A DNA stretch of 64,000 bases from Candidatus Bruticola sp. (lineage in GTDB: Bacteria; Vulcanimicrobiota; Xenobia; Xenobiales; Xenobiaceae): contig JBJEGD010000031.1 of the NCBI GenBank assembly GCA_051874735.1, forward strand, positions 130,681-194,680. The letters run 5' to 3'. Both the position numbers and the translations under genes were made by a program. This document shows positions 9,677 through 21,200 of the stretch, in pieces (position 1 is the first letter of the stretch; every line of letters starts with the position of its first letter). Below the pieces are notes generated by a model that did no database searches, was not told the origin of the DNA, and saw nothing but the letters and a program-made list of their open reading frames with translations.

Positions 9677-10498
9677 CTACCACCTAGGTGGACCGCCAGG
9701 ACCGCCCGGGCCGTGATGGTGCGGACCGCCAGGACCGCCCGGACCATGGTGTGGATGGTGAGGACCATGGGGACCAGGGCCAAGACCAGGACTCCAAGGA
9801 CTGTGATGATGATCGGGGCCTGGAGGAGGAGGGAAGCCTCCGCGTGGAGGAGGCGGCATTCGGAACAGATCGCCATGACGGTGTCCGTGTGGAGGAGGTG
9901 GAGGTGTTGGGAAAGGAGTATAGAGGCTAGCTCTTACAGTTTCTTCTGCTGTCTGAGAAACGGCACTAGATACGGCTGCAGCTCCTAAACCAACGGCAGC
10001 ACCGGCTACAGCTGCCTTACCAACGTTCGAATTAAAGATGCGCTCGCGCTCTCCTGTAGCAGGGGTATTAGGCTGATTTTGTTGACCAGCCTGAGCTGCC
10101 CGTTTGGCCATTTGGTTATTTTGTATATCATTGCCAATTTTAGCACCTATACCGCCGCCCAAAATTGAACCAAGCATGCTGCCGCCCATCATGCCTAAAG
10201 GGCCGCCTAACTTCATACCGAGGTTAATACCGAGCAGACCGCCGATACCCTGACCTATAACAGAACCAGCATAACCGCCCATGCCAAAACTTGGCATAGT
10301 CGCAGGATTAGCTGCGCCATTTAAAGGAATGCTGCTATCGAGAATTGCGGCCATTATAGGAACGCCTACGACAGCACCGGTAAGACTAGACATGGCCAGA
10401 GCCGTCATGGGATTCATAACGGGGCCGAATACTGAACCCGGACCCATAGGCCCGCCAAAAGGACCAGGGCCTCCGAAGGGAATACCAGGAGTGAACAT
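9677..10498 (-). CDS. Hypothetical Gly/Pro-rich protein with glycine-zipper helices and a His-Gly-Pro tail
   Basis: ATG with strong SD (GGAGG); GxxxG repeats GSVIGQGIGGLLGINLG...GGGIGAKIG; C-terminal HHHGPGGPGGP repeats. Confidence 0.65.
   Translation of the reverse strand: MFTPGIPFGGPGPFGGPMGPGSVFGPVMNPMTALAMSSLTGAVVGVPIMAAILDSSIPLNGAANPATMPSFGMGGYAGSVIGQGIGGLLGINLGMKLGGPLGMMGGSMLGSILGGGIGAKIGNDIQNNQMAKRAAQAGQQNQPNTPATGERERIFNSNVGKAAVAGAAVGLGAAAVSSAVSQTAEETVRASLYTPFPTPPPPPHGHRHGDLFRMPPPPRGGFPPPPGPDHHHSPWSPGLGPGPHGPHHPHHGPGGPGGPHHHGPGGPGGPPRW
9690..9742. repeat. 33-bp-period coding tandem repeat
   Basis: GGACCGCCAGGACCGCCCGG at 9690-9709 and 9723-9742, encoding the repeated H-H-G-P-G-G-P-G-G-P unit. 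Confidence 0.8.
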
Positions 10499-10680
10499 AT
10501 TAGAACCTCCATCTACAAATATCTTAACTCATAATACCATATATTGGCTGTATATGGAGCAGAATAATTGTGAACATTTGTCACTAAATTAGCAATAATT
10601 TAGGCTAATAGACGAATTTTTTATATAAAACAGTAACTTTTGTCTGAAATTTACCAGACTGCGCAGTACAGCGAAAGTAT

Positions 10681-10716
10681 AAGGCCCCTGCATACTTAAA
10701 GCTGTGCGGGGGCCTT
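10681..10716 (-). terminator. Hairpin downstream of the pfa cluster
   Basis: AAGGCCCC...GGGGCCTT inverted repeat 12 bp after the pfaBC stop; weak U tract. Confidence 0.55.
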
Positions 10717-10728
10717 CAAGTAACGGGG

Positions 10729-13700
10729 TTATAGAGACGACAAAGATACGCTGAAGTCTTTCAGCTCATAAATTATTTTGCCGTCTGTTTCTAAAATGCC
10801 GTTAGCTTTTATATAAGGATTATTCCCTTGGCCTATTTCAGTAATTTCTGCCCTTACTATAGTTTCTTGGTTCGCTTGGGTTACTTGACCTCGGTAGAGC
10901 CAGTGATGGGGGCTATCTAGGGTAATGGCTGAGAAAGTGTGGCTTTTTTGCAAATTGGGCCATTTTTTAAGAGCGATTATTTTGAGAAGCTGAATAAAAG
11001 CTTCTAATCCTAGCGATCCGGGCATAACCGGATCTTGGAAGAAGTGGGCCTTAAAGAACCACTCTTGAGGATCGATACGTTTTCGGCCTACAGCTGCTCC
11101 TAATCCTAATTTTCCTCCTTGAGGATACCAAGCATATTCATCCAGCATAAGTAGAGCTTTACCGGGTAAAGATAAAGAAGCGGTTCTATTGTCTTGATTG
11201 TCACTTGGGGTTAAAGGAGCTAGCACTGGCAGCTTTTCAAAGGGTACTTCCTGGGCAGGATACCATAAACGTTTTGAGGCGCCACGAACTCCCACCTGAT
11301 CGGCCAGAGCTTTTTCTGTAAAGAAACCAAAAGTAGTTTGTCCTTCATAAATGAGGCGTCCTTTTTGGCTCATATTCATGTCAAAATCTTGAATGATAAG
11401 GCCGCCAGCTTCTGAAGACTTAGTAAGGCGCACTCTAATGGTGACCGTTCCTGATTTAGGATGAAGTTCCTCATGCAGGATTGAGGTTCCGCCTAAATTG
11501 CGGTAGTGCAGATTTTCGCTGCTATGCTTAGAAGAACCAGCATAACTAGATACCCAACCGCATACTTGCAGAGCTATTTCGTTAAGGACACAGAAAGGCA
11601 TGCGTCCAGTATGTCCAGCTTTGAAATACCAAGCATTTTCAGGTATATCGTACTGAGCCTCTACCCAGCCTCCAGGTACGGTTTTAAGGAAAGGATGATC
11701 GGCACTGACAATGCGGCTGACAAATTGGTAAGGCGGTCCAGGCAATCTAGCTATAAATTTAGTATCAAACTCGGCGAACTCCGGTCCAAAGGCTAAAGAA
11801 GGTTTCCCTATGGCAAACTGCATAAACTGCTCTTCGTTAAATATAGCCTTTTTTATAGGATCGCCTAAGTGAACCGCTGGTGGCTGTCTGCTGCTCCAAA
11901 GTTCTTCTAACTTAGCTCCAGTGGTGCCAGTTAACTGCATGGAAATATTTTCAAAGCCTACAACTCTTTTATTATCAGCGTACATAATTGCGTCTGCAAT
12001 AACATAAGGGTGAGGATTATAGCCTATTTCCTTGATCTCTACCTGATAACGCACCGTCTTTGTTGTCTGTAGTACAGGACCGCGACATTTAAGTACGGCT
12101 TTGACTCCAATAACCGGTTCATAGGCTATCTGGTTTTTTTCTCCTACCCAGCCTAAGCGGGTTAACAGGAAACGTAGGGCGTGAGCGCAGCATTCGTACA
12201 TTAAGGTACCAGGCATAACCATATCGTCAACAAAGTGGCAAGTTAGGTACCAATCTTCAGGATGGACGTCAGCTTCAGCTATAACTTTACCCAGCCCCCA
12301 GCGTCCTCCCTGGGGATCACATTCGGGAATACGATGAATTAAGCGCAGCAAACCGGAAGGTAAGCTGATAGGTTGATGCAGTGGCAAACCGGCAAAATCC
12401 GCTCCGAAACAGGCTTCTAAATCGCCGCGGCGTAAGGCTTCAACTTGCTCAGGACTGTAGCTGCCAGGGCTGAGAGGTACTAAATATTTCATATTAGGAT
12501 CTCTGCGCCCCTGTTTAGGACGGAGACTGTCTTCAGTCAGTACTAAACCGCCGTTATTGCGGATTTCATTGTGAGTGAAGAAACCAGCACAACCGTCGCG
12601 CATAGTGAGGAAAGTTTGTCCGTTTATAGTTCCTTCATATTCGAAGAAAAATAACCAAGTATCCCCTTGGTTGATAAAACGTTTAATACGAATGTCATAA
12701 TGAATCGTTTCACCTGGCTGAGGGAGCCCGCGATGGAAAGTAACATTGGCATCTAAAAGGCGGTAGACTCTCTTGCCTTGAGCCTTAAAATCTATACCTA
12801 ACCAACTGCAGAGGAACAGGTCAGCTTGTCCCGCTTCTACTGAAATAAAGACCGGAGCACGTCCTCCATCTAGATACCACATGCCGGGAACGACGTCGTG
12901 TTCAGTTATAACACGCCCAGAGCCCAAAGAGAGAGGTTCACCTTCTACGGATATTATACGATCAACCAGCATGAGAGGTTCGGCTGGCAAGCGAACTCGC
13001 GTAGAATAATTATCAACGGGAGCGAATTTCTCTCCGAGAACATGTCCAATTTTGCCCACAGCAAATTCCAGGCAGGCTTGTCTGTCCATAAAAACTTGCT
13101 GATTGGCAGAAGCTAATGATGGCTTATTACCGCAAATATAACCGTCAGAAGCTGTAAACTCTACACCGTGCAATTTTGTTTTATAAGTAGCCTTATGGCC
13201 GGGGGACGTCTGAGGCGATACTACTCTTCCAGCGGAAGCTGCGGATGGAGCGTCTATTCTACTAAGAGAAGCTCCCTTTAAACTGTCAGGTAGAACTTCG
13301 CTATCTGTATTATGGCCAATACATTGCTGTTGATTAGCAATATCGTTTGCTTTTAAAGAGCTATGTAAAGTTTGATTAGTAAGAGCTTTAACCTGATTGG
13401 GCTGGTAAGCTAAGTCATAACAAGCCAAATTTTGAGTCAAAATACTTTGACGCTGCAGTAAATCAGCTATAGCCTTAGAGCTTTCTTTAACAAAGTCAAG
13501 CCACTTATTATGACTTTGTTGGGAGAGTTGTGCAGAAGTCAGTAAAAGTTTTTCAATATTTTCTAAAGGACTGTTAGCAATATCGATATTTTGAACTGCA
13601 GATGAAGTGACTTCATCATTAGTCAAAAGGCTTGGCAAATGAGCTTCAGCTGGAACTGCAGAAACAGAACTTAACTGATTATGTTCTATATGATTCATAG

Positions 13701-16700
13701 CTTTTTCGGTTATTTTACCATTATTATGCAAATTATCGGCCGCTTTTAAAGGTTTATGAATCGCCTGAGAAGCATCCTCTTCTGTGTTGGGCTGCTTATT
13801 AGGCAAAGAAGCAAACTCCAGTGACAACTGGGCCGCTTGGGGAGTTGATGATTTACAGCTAGCTGATTTTGTGGCTGTCGCTAAAATAGGGGGAGCGTTA
13901 TTCCGAATAATATTATTGAATTCATTCGGTTGGGCTTCTTGACAACTTAATTTAAAGCATAAAGGCGGATCAAAGGGGCGACGTCCTAAAGCAATTTTTA
14001 ATAAACGCTTTCCAACGGAGATAGTCTCTTGCTTGTCTTTAGGGAATAGACTGCTAAGATCGGGACGCAGCCCCTGACTGATAGCTCCAGCTAGCAGGCA
14101 CTCTAAAGATGATAACTCAGATTTACCTCTGTTGCTTAAACTTATGGCAAAATGAGGTTTATCAGCCAAGATATTATTAATCATGCGAGTACATGAGGCC
14201 CCCGGACCCATTTCTAAGAAAATGCGCACTCCGTCTTGCCAAGCTTGACGTATAGTTTTAGTGTAATCGAATCCGAAGCGACCGTGGGCTACAATAGAAT
14301 CGGCTATTTTTTCTGAAGTTAAATTATAAGAGCGGTGGTAATAGCCGCTATAAAAATCGATGCCTGGTGGTGGAGTACAAGGTAAATAATGCATATCCCA
14401 GTATTGTTGAGCCACAGGATCGAGGCAGTCACAATGAACGGTATCCACGCCACTAACAAAAATAGCTTTAGTTTTTAATTTAGTGCAAAGTTTACTGATA
14501 GCTTCGCGAGTGCCTCCCACGACACATTCGTTATCAGTATTAATAATAAGTAAGCGAACTTGAGAAATAGTGGCTATAGCTTCTTTTACCTGAGAAGCTG
14601 GAACGCGGATGACACCAGCCATCCATTCAAACTTGGCGCCAGAAGGAATATTCCAAGCCCTTCTAGCTGCCAGACATTTGCCTGAAAGCTGCTCTCGGAA
14701 TAAGTCGGAACCTTCCATGCGCTTGTACATAAGATCTCTTTCAGGCCAAGCTCTTAGAGCAAATAAAGCTGCCGACTCTCCTAAGCTGTAACCTATGGCC
14801 GCCTGAGGTTCTAAGCCTAAACTACGCACAGCATCTGTAGTCAGCATGGCAAAACTGACCTGGCTGAACATCATTTTATGAGTGTCGGAGGCTAACGTTT
14901 TGAAGGCGTCTCGTTGCCAATTGTCAGACCAATCTAAACGGTAAGGTTGGTTCCAACGCGCCATAAATTCGTCAGCCATATAAAGATTTTCTCGATCGAA
15001 GCGCTCCATTAACTGAGGGAAGTGCAGAGCTAATTCTCTGCCTAAACCTAAGAAATTCGCCCCTGATCCGGGATATACAAAAGCTGTCCGACCTTGCTGA
15101 GCTAAGGGGTTGGGACTGTAAAAAATGGAATGGTTAGCTAGAGGCTTGTCGGCATATTCTTCTAAATGCTTAATAGCAAGTTTCAAACGTATATGGAACT
15201 CATTCCAAGGCTCTTCAGTCGATAAATCTATGACAAAAGCCATGGCTAGCTTATGTTGCTGATTCTGTTGCTTGTGCCAATAAGAGCCTAATCTTATTAA
15301 ATTGTCGACTTCACATTGATCTTGATCAAGCAACTTTTCTGCTTCAGTTTGCAGCTGCTTCAGCTGTTGTTTTAATTGCTCAGCAGTTTCAGCATAAGAA
15401 GCAAATATTACCGAGTTAATTTTATCTAAAGTATGCTGATGAGCGTGTGAGGCAGAAGAATCCACTAACTGATCTTGTGAAGCTGTTTCAGCTACAGGAG
15501 CTTCCTCCAAGATGATAGTCGAGGTCTGGTGCGGGTAGGACGTACATATTACGGCTGCGCATCGAGAGCCGTCAGCGCGTCTGCGGAACCAGAATGAAGG
15601 CTTAGTGTGGACGCAAAAACGGGACCCTGTCCAGTCTTCTCCGTCTAAAGGCTTAATAAATCGAGGAGAAGCTGGCAAGATGTGGTGTTCTAAACTAAGA
15701 GCGGTTTTTAAAGTAGAAGCTAAAGCTGAAGCCGCTCCGCATTGGCCTATAACAGAACTTACAGAGGTGACTGATAAAGGTATATCCCCTTTATCGATAG
15801 TCCGCCTAATTTGCTGTAGGTTTTCACGATAACAGGGCTCAGTTAACAGAGAGCCGTTGCTAAATTCTAGATAACTTAGCTTCTCAGGCGCTGTACCTGC
15901 TTGAGCGCAGGCTTGTTCTAAGGCTAATTGCACAGAAGAAGGTTGAGCGGAATGGTTACCAGTTTCTGAAGCTTGGCCAAAACCTTTAAGCAAACAATAA
16001 ATATGGTCGCCGTCTCGACGAGCGTCGCTTAAACGTTTTAACACGAAACAACAGCAGCCTTCACCGTATCCTTCGGGAAGCTCGGCAAAATGGGAATGAG
16101 CCGCCCGTACGTCACCTTGCAGATCTATGGCACCAACTAACGCTAAATCTAATTTCCTATTAAGTAACGCTTGGCTGCCCAATTTTAAAGCTGTCAAGCC
16201 AGAAGATTCTTGCGATGAAACTGTAAAAGAACAGCCGCCGAACTGAAATTCGCGGGCGGCTCGGCTAGCTGCGATACTGCCGAGCGCTCCCATAGTGCGT
16301 GTTGCATCAAGAGGAGCTGAAATTTCATCTTGCAAATTCTTAAGCCAGTCTTCTTCTTGCTCTGAATTTAAATTGAGTAATTTAGCAAGTTCGTGAGCTT
16401 TCTTCTCTAAATGCCAGCGCAAAGTAAAATTAGTTGAATTTAAGTCTAGCGCAATACCTATAAAGGCAGCTGCGCGATGGCGGCGCTGGCGAAGGGGCTG
16501 TTTAGCATCAGCCATAGCTTGAGCTGCTGTGTACAAAAGCAGAGTTTGCTGAGGCAGAATATGGGGGATATCTGCCGGAGGTACGCGAAATTGGCCTGGA
16601 GTTACAGATATGTCTTTAATATAAGCTTGTTGAGTAGAAATCGGCGTATAGATACCTTGCCAGCGATCGTCAGGTAGCTCTTCTAAAGCGGAAAGGCCGT

Positions 16701-18222
16701 TAAAGACTGCGTCTTTAAATTTCTCTGTGCTATTTAAAGAACCAAAATGGCCAGCTAGGCCAATAACCGCTACAGCATCTAATTTATCTGAGTTAGCAGT
16801 TGAAAGGTTAGGGCAGGAATCTGCTGTTTTACTAGCTCTTGCTTCGGAAGGAAATGGAGCGGTGTACTCTTCTAAAATTATATGAGCGTTAATTCCGCCA
16901 AAGCCGAATCCGCTGACAGCTGCTCGGCGTGGACGTCCCTCAGGTTGGGGCCAAGGTAGTTCCTGATTTTCTATGCGGAAGCAGCTATCTGCCAAAGGTA
17001 GATTGGAACGTTGAAAATTAACTTGGGGAGTAATAATTTTATGCTGCATATTGAGCAGCACCCTAATAAGACCAGCCGCTCCGGCAGCCGTCAGCAAATG
17101 GCCGATCATAGATTTGACTGAGCGGAGCTGACAAACAGAACCTTGAGGAGCATTCTCCCAAAGGGTTTGTAGGCTATTGAATTCTATTCTGTCTCCCACT
17201 GGAGTGCCTGTGCCGTGGCACTCTATTAAATCTATATCCCAGGGGTTAAGTTTGCATACTTCATAAGCTTGGCGCAAGCTGCGCAGTTGCCCTTCGCTGG
17301 AGGGAGCAACTAAACTTCCTTCAATATCGTTGGACAGTCCAGTGCCTTTAATAACAGCATAAATTTTGTCTCCTTGGGCTTCAGCATCGGCAAGACGTTT
17401 CAAAACGACCAAACCACAGCCTTCGCCCACCATTAGACCATCGGCTTTGACGTCGAAAGGAGAGCATACTCCACTGGGAGATAGAGCTCTCAAAGCGGAA
17501 AAGCCCATCTGAGTATATAGACAGTCTGGCCGAGAAACTCCTCCGGCGATCATAGCTTCCGCTTGGCCACTGCGCAGCTCCTCACAGGCTAATTCAATAG
17601 CCACTAAAGAACTGGCGCAGGCGGCGTCTAGGGTATAGCCTCCCAAACCTAAGCCCAAAGAGTTAGCGATCAGCTGTGCCGGCAAGCCTACAGGAGAAGC
17701 GTTGATGGCCCTGACTTCAGAGCTAGCGGCGCCGTTGCTAATAAAAGATGGTTGGATAGAAAATTCAGCAGTGTTGGGATAAGTCTCCTGAAGTTTGCTG
17801 CGCAGACGTTCCGCAAAATCGCTGCCCAAAATATTTTCGCTCAGCTCTACAGTTGTATCGGTAGGAAGAGCTATAGCGGCCATGATAACTCCGGTCCGCT
17901 CTTTCTTGATAGCAGTATTTTGCACAGCTTGGCGAGCAGTATTTAAGCTTAAAACAAATACTGGATCAGTTCCGTTTGGCAGTCCCTCATCTTCCGGCGA
18001 GGGAAGGTTGTGCAGATAATAGCCGCGTGTACAGCGCAGGCCGTCCGCTTTAGGGATAGGACTCAAATGTTTGGCGTCATCTATAGGCCAGCGATTGGAA
18101 CTAGGATGTTCCGAAAGATCTTGGGCTTCTTGAAGGCGGCGCCAATATTCTTCAGCATTGTGTGCTCCGGGAAAGTTTAGTCCGATGCCGACAACGGCTA
18201 TATCTGTATTTTGTTTTGCCAT
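10729..18222 (-). CDS. PUFA synthase PfaBC/Pfa3-like fusion: KS-CLF-AT-pseudoDH-DH-pseudoDH-DH
   Basis: Active KS (DAACASS, ECHGTGT, GHLLTAAG); second KS fold lacking the Cys (SSQESSG) = CLF; AT with YPGSG and GYSLGE; FabA-type DH motifs CHFVDDMVMPGTLMYE and AHFFQDPVMPGSLGLE, each preceded by a degenerate hotdog domain. Confidence 0.9.
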   Translation of the reverse strand: MAKQNTDIAVVGIGLNFPGAHNAEEYWRRLQEAQDLSEHPSSNRWPIDDAKHLSPIPKADGLRCTRGYYLHNLPSPEDEGLPNGTDPVFVLSLNTARQAVQNTAIKKERTGVIMAAIALPTDTTVELSENILGSDFAERLRSKLQETYPNTAEFSIQPSFISNGAASSEVRAINASPVGLPAQLIANSLGLGLGGYTLDAACASSLVAIELACEELRSGQAEAMIAGGVSRPDCLYTQMGFSALRALSPSGVCSPFDVKADGLMVGEGCGLVVLKRLADAEAQGDKIYAVIKGTGLSNDIEGSLVAPSSEGQLRSLRQAYEVCKLNPWDIDLIECHGTGTPVGDRIEFNSLQTLWENAPQGSVCQLRSVKSMIGHLLTAAGAAGLIRVLLNMQHKIITPQVNFQRSNLPLADSCFRIENQELPWPQPEGRPRRAAVSGFGFGGINAHIILEEYTAPFPSEARASKTADSCPNLSTANSDKLDAVAVIGLAGHFGSLNSTEKFKDAVFNGLSALEELPDDRWQGIYTPISTQQAYIKDISVTPGQFRVPPADIPHILPQQTLLLYTAAQAMADAKQPLRQRRHRAAAFIGIALDLNSTNFTLRWHLEKKAHELAKLLNLNSEQEEDWLKNLQDEISAPLDATRTMGALGSIAASRAAREFQFGGCSFTVSSQESSGLTALKLGSQALLNRKLDLALVGAIDLQGDVRAAHSHFAELPEGYGEGCCCFVLKRLSDARRDGDHIYCLLKGFGQASETGNHSAQPSSVQLALEQACAQAGTAPEKLSYLEFSNGSLLTEPCYRENLQQIRRTIDKGDIPLSVTSVSSVIGQCGAASALASTLKTALSLEHHILPASPRFIKPLDGEDWTGSRFCVHTKPSFWFRRRADGSRCAAVICTSYPHQTSTIILEEAPVAETASQDQLVDSSASHAHQHTLDKINSVIFASYAETAEQLKQQLKQLQTEAEKLLDQDQCEVDNLIRLGSYWHKQQNQQHKLAMAFVIDLSTEEPWNEFHIRLKLAIKHLEEYADKPLANHSIFYSPNPLAQQGRTAFVYPGSGANFLGLGRELALHFPQLMERFDRENLYMADEFMARWNQPYRLDWSDNWQRDAFKTLASDTHKMMFSQVSFAMLTTDAVRSLGLEPQAAIGYSLGESAALFALRAWPERDLMYKRMEGSDLFREQLSGKCLAARRAWNIPSGAKFEWMAGVIRVPASQVKEAIATISQVRLLIINTDNECVVGGTREAISKLCTKLKTKAIFVSGVDTVHCDCLDPVAQQYWDMHYLPCTPPPGIDFYSGYYHRSYNLTSEKIADSIVAHGRFGFDYTKTIRQAWQDGVRIFLEMGPGASCTRMINNILADKPHFAISLSNRGKSELSSLECLLAGAISQGLRPDLSSLFPKDKQETISVGKRLLKIALGRRPFDPPLCFKLSCQEAQPNEFNNIIRNNAPPILATATKSASCKSSTPQAAQLSLEFASLPNKQPNTEEDASQAIHKPLKAADNLHNNGKITEKAMNHIEHNQLSSVSAVPAEAHLPSLLTNDEVTSSAVQNIDIANSPLENIEKLLLTSAQLSQQSHNKWLDFVKESSKAIADLLQRQSILTQNLACYDLAYQPNQVKALTNQTLHSSLKANDIANQQQCIGHNTDSEVLPDSLKGASLSRIDAPSAASAGRVVSPQTSPGHKATYKTKLHGVEFTASDGYICGNKPSLASANQQVFMDRQACLEFAVGKIGHVLGEKFAPVDNYSTRVRLPAEPLMLVDRIISVEGEPLSLGSGRVITEHDVVPGMWYLDGGRAPVFISVEAGQADLFLCSWLGIDFKAQGKRVYRLLDANVTFHRGLPQPGETIHYDIRIKRFINQGDTWLFFFEYEGTINGQTFLTMRDGCAGFFTHNEIRNNGGLVLTEDSLRPKQGRRDPNMKYLVPLSPGSYSPEQVEALRRGDLEACFGADFAGLPLHQPISLPSGLLRLIHRIPECDPQGGRWGLGKVIAEADVHPEDWYLTCHFVDDMVMPGTLMYECCAHALRFLLTRLGWVGEKNQIAYEPVIGVKAVLKCRGPVLQTTKTVRYQVEIKEIGYNPHPYVIADAIMYADNKRVVGFENISMQLTGTTGAKLEELWSSRQPPAVHLGDPIKKAIFNEEQFMQFAIGKPSLAFGPEFAEFDTKFIARLPGPPYQFVSRIVSADHPFLKTVPGGWVEAQYDIPENAWYFKAGHTGRMPFCVLNEIALQVCGWVSSYAGSSKHSSENLHYRNLGGTSILHEELHPKSGTVTIRVRLTKSSEAGGLIIQDFDMNMSQKGRLIYEGQTTFGFFTEKALADQVGVRGASKRLWYPAQEVPFEKLPVLAPLTPSDNQDNRTASLSLPGKALLMLDEYAWYPQGGKLGLGAAVGRKRIDPQEWFFKAHFFQDPVMPGSLGLEAFIQLLKIIALKKWPNLQKSHTFSAITLDSPHHWLYRGQVTQANQETIVRAEITEIGQGNNPYIKANGILETDGKIIYELKDFSVSLSSL

Positions 18223-18260
18223 ATTTAATAAACCCGTGTTGATAAGCTTAAAACTGTGTG

Positions 18261-21200
18261 TTAAAAACAGTTGCTGCGGAATGATTCAGCCAAGGAAGAA
18301 CTCATAATCCAATGGACGTCACGCCATTCAGCTAACACTTCGCCTTTGTTATCGGTGAGGAATATATCTCCGCGCATTTCATTAGTATCTGCTTCCTTGG
18401 GATAGAGAAGAATATGGGCCTTCTCAGGAAACTTATCTACATATTGACGATAGCTGCCACCGAACATAGGCAAAGAACACAGACCGCGCTGAGCGCCGCT
18501 CCATAACAGTCCACTTTGTAAAGCACAGTCGAGGAACAGCGGATGAGTAATAGGAGTCTCTTGGGGATGATTCATTAATTTGACGCCGCTGTCAGTCACA
18601 TCGGCAGCTAAAACATGCTGTCCGCAAGCCCTAACTTTATCTATGCCGCGCAGTTTGGGACCATGGAAAAGATATTTATTATAAGCTTCTGGCATAGTGC
18701 AAGGATAGCCGTTTTCTTCGATTGGGTTAAGACGGCTGCTTGGTTTATGAGGTAGGCCAGGCTTCAGAGCCAGTACAACTGTACCCTCTGCGCATTTGTG
18801 GGGAGTTGAATTTGGCTTGCGATGATTTATCACAAAGGAAACGCGCAGTTCATCTCTTATTGGCTCTGCTCGTCTAATAACTATATCGATTTCTGAATCG
18901 GCAATATGCTTATCTGGCTGGCCTTGCTCTCGTCCTAATGGTAAAGTAACAGGTCTCAGTACTCTGAGGTTGTCACAGCCCAAAAAGCGGTACTGAGGAA
19001 AATACTTGCGGCAAGCTTGAGCCGCCAGTTCCACCATTAAAGCGGCTGGCATAACAGAGTGACCGCCTAAAATATGATCCTCTAAAAGAGGATAATATTC
19101 TGAATTGAGAGTGCGGTTGTAAGGATCGCAACGATCAATTCCAGAACAATCATCATATGGTGCGGCGGTTTCGTCCGAAGATGCGCGATTGGGAAGCCGG
19201 ACGGGCTTTGGGCCCGTCAGCGCAAAAGGGCGCTGAGAATCGTCTCCTTTCTCTTCCTCGTTACTGTCTAGTCCCAATGATTTAGCTAAGCGGCTCACTT
19301 CCTCTGCAGGCTGCTTTTCTTGATTTTCACTAGAATTGTCTTCGCTAGGTACGTTGAAACCATCTCCCATGACGAGCTCGCAGGCCTGATCGTGACCTAA
19401 CAAAACTTCTGCCGTTAAAGCGCGTGCTCCGCGTCCTCGTTCTATAACTTCAACGCCCAATTGCTCAAATTTGCGTTTAAGACTTTCATCTACCATACCG
19501 CCTTCCCACGGTCCCCAGCCCATGGCTTCAAAACGGGTTTGAGGATAGAGAGCACTGGCTGTATAAGTAAATTTGTTCATTACTTCATTAGCCATAGCGT
19601 AATCTGCTTGACCAGGGCGGCCGAACCGCGCAGAAACAGAGGAAAAAGTAACCACAAACTGCAGCGGGTCATCTTGTAAGGCTTGCATAAAGTTATAAAG
19701 GCCGTTTACTTTAGTGTCGAAGACCATACTAAATTGGTCATCAGTTTTATCACATATGTATCTATCGGCCAAAACGCCGGCTCCGTGTATAAAGCCTGTG
19801 ATGGGGCCTAAGCGCTTGCGAATATCAGCGACAATTTGATTAATTAAGCTGTCATCGCGCACATCAAGGGAAATATACTCCGCCTGTGAGCCGCAGGCTC
19901 GGATATCGTTGATGTTTTGGGAAATCTCCCGATTAACTAAAATGCGGCGACATTCACTCTCTAGAAGCTTAGGAGAGATACTCTTACCGCTCTGTTTAGC
20001 CTGTTGGTAAAGTAAAGCTTTTAAATCGCGGGCCGTTTGGGCTGATTTAGTTTGAGTCCATTCAGGTACAGGAATAGGGGATCTGCCTATTAAAACAAAG
20101 TTGAACTTACCATGTTTAGCTAAAAGTTTAGCACAATCGGCGGTTACGCCTCTAGCTCCGCCCGTTACTATAATTGTCGAACCTAGCTTAGGTAAATTCT
20201 CCCCGTTAAAGCCAAGTTTCTCTTCACGCAATACTGGAATGCGGCGTACGCCACGTCGATCTATGCCTATTTCGTTACTGCCATCAATTAGCAATTCCGC
20301 AATAATCTCAGCTGCTATACGATCGGGATTGTCATCGACGCAAAAATCGAAAGAGCGGCTGCGCAGATTCGGATATTCTTGAGCTACTACTTTGGCTAAT
20401 CCGTGCAGTCCAGCTTCAATAGGATTGCTGGCTTCATCAAAAGTTCCGAAGCGTCCGTCCATGCGGGTGACTGTTAAAAACAGGCCAGGAACCTGATTTA
20501 TCTGTTTCCAAATTTGGCACTGCTGGCGTACCAGCTTGAAGCAGTCTTTGAGGGCTTCTTCTGCTGCACTGCGCTTAAAGAAAAAGTCGCCTACTTCATA
20601 GAGGGGGAAGCTAGGCATAATTACTATTAAACCAGCGAAGTGGTTAGCCATACTTAAATGCTGGTCGGTTAGAGGTTGATCTTTACTTATAAGGCAAGCT
20701 TGCAAACCGAGCTGCTCCATGGCGGAACAGAGAGCCGGAGCAATATAACCGTCATCAGTGATGACATAAAGCCCTTGAGCGTCAATATCAACAGTTTTGT
20801 TAGGTGCCGGCGATTCTTCATAGTAAAGTTTACGCCGTTTGAGCATTTGGCCATTAGGAGCCAAAGCTTCGGCCAAAGCTTCGGCAGTGTTTTTAACTGC
20901 TGAATTTGAGGGCGGATTTTCATCATTAGCCGCTGCAGCGGCTGCGGCGGACGAGTGGTCTTCAGCCACTTGTTCCGCGGCAGCCGGATGGTCGCCTTCA
21001 GTCTGATTACTGCTGCTATTTAAAGCAGCAGAAGTTTCTTTAGGAACCTGTTCCGCAGCTAATGGTAAATTAGACTCAGAACTAGCTTCATTTATGGCCT
21101 CGGTTCCTTTATCGTTATTTTTTTTTTCTTTCCCGCCGTTTGTTGGCTGGGGGCCATTTTCCGGAGGGGTAGGATGATTATTAGGGCTCAGACGGTTGAG

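Noticed and set aside
9688-9988. Plus-strand and alternative-frame ORFs (80, 91, 75 aa) over the Gly/Pro/His repeat
   Set aside because: Shadow frames of a GC-rich low-complexity coding repeat; the 9677-10498 frame has the SD and coherent composition
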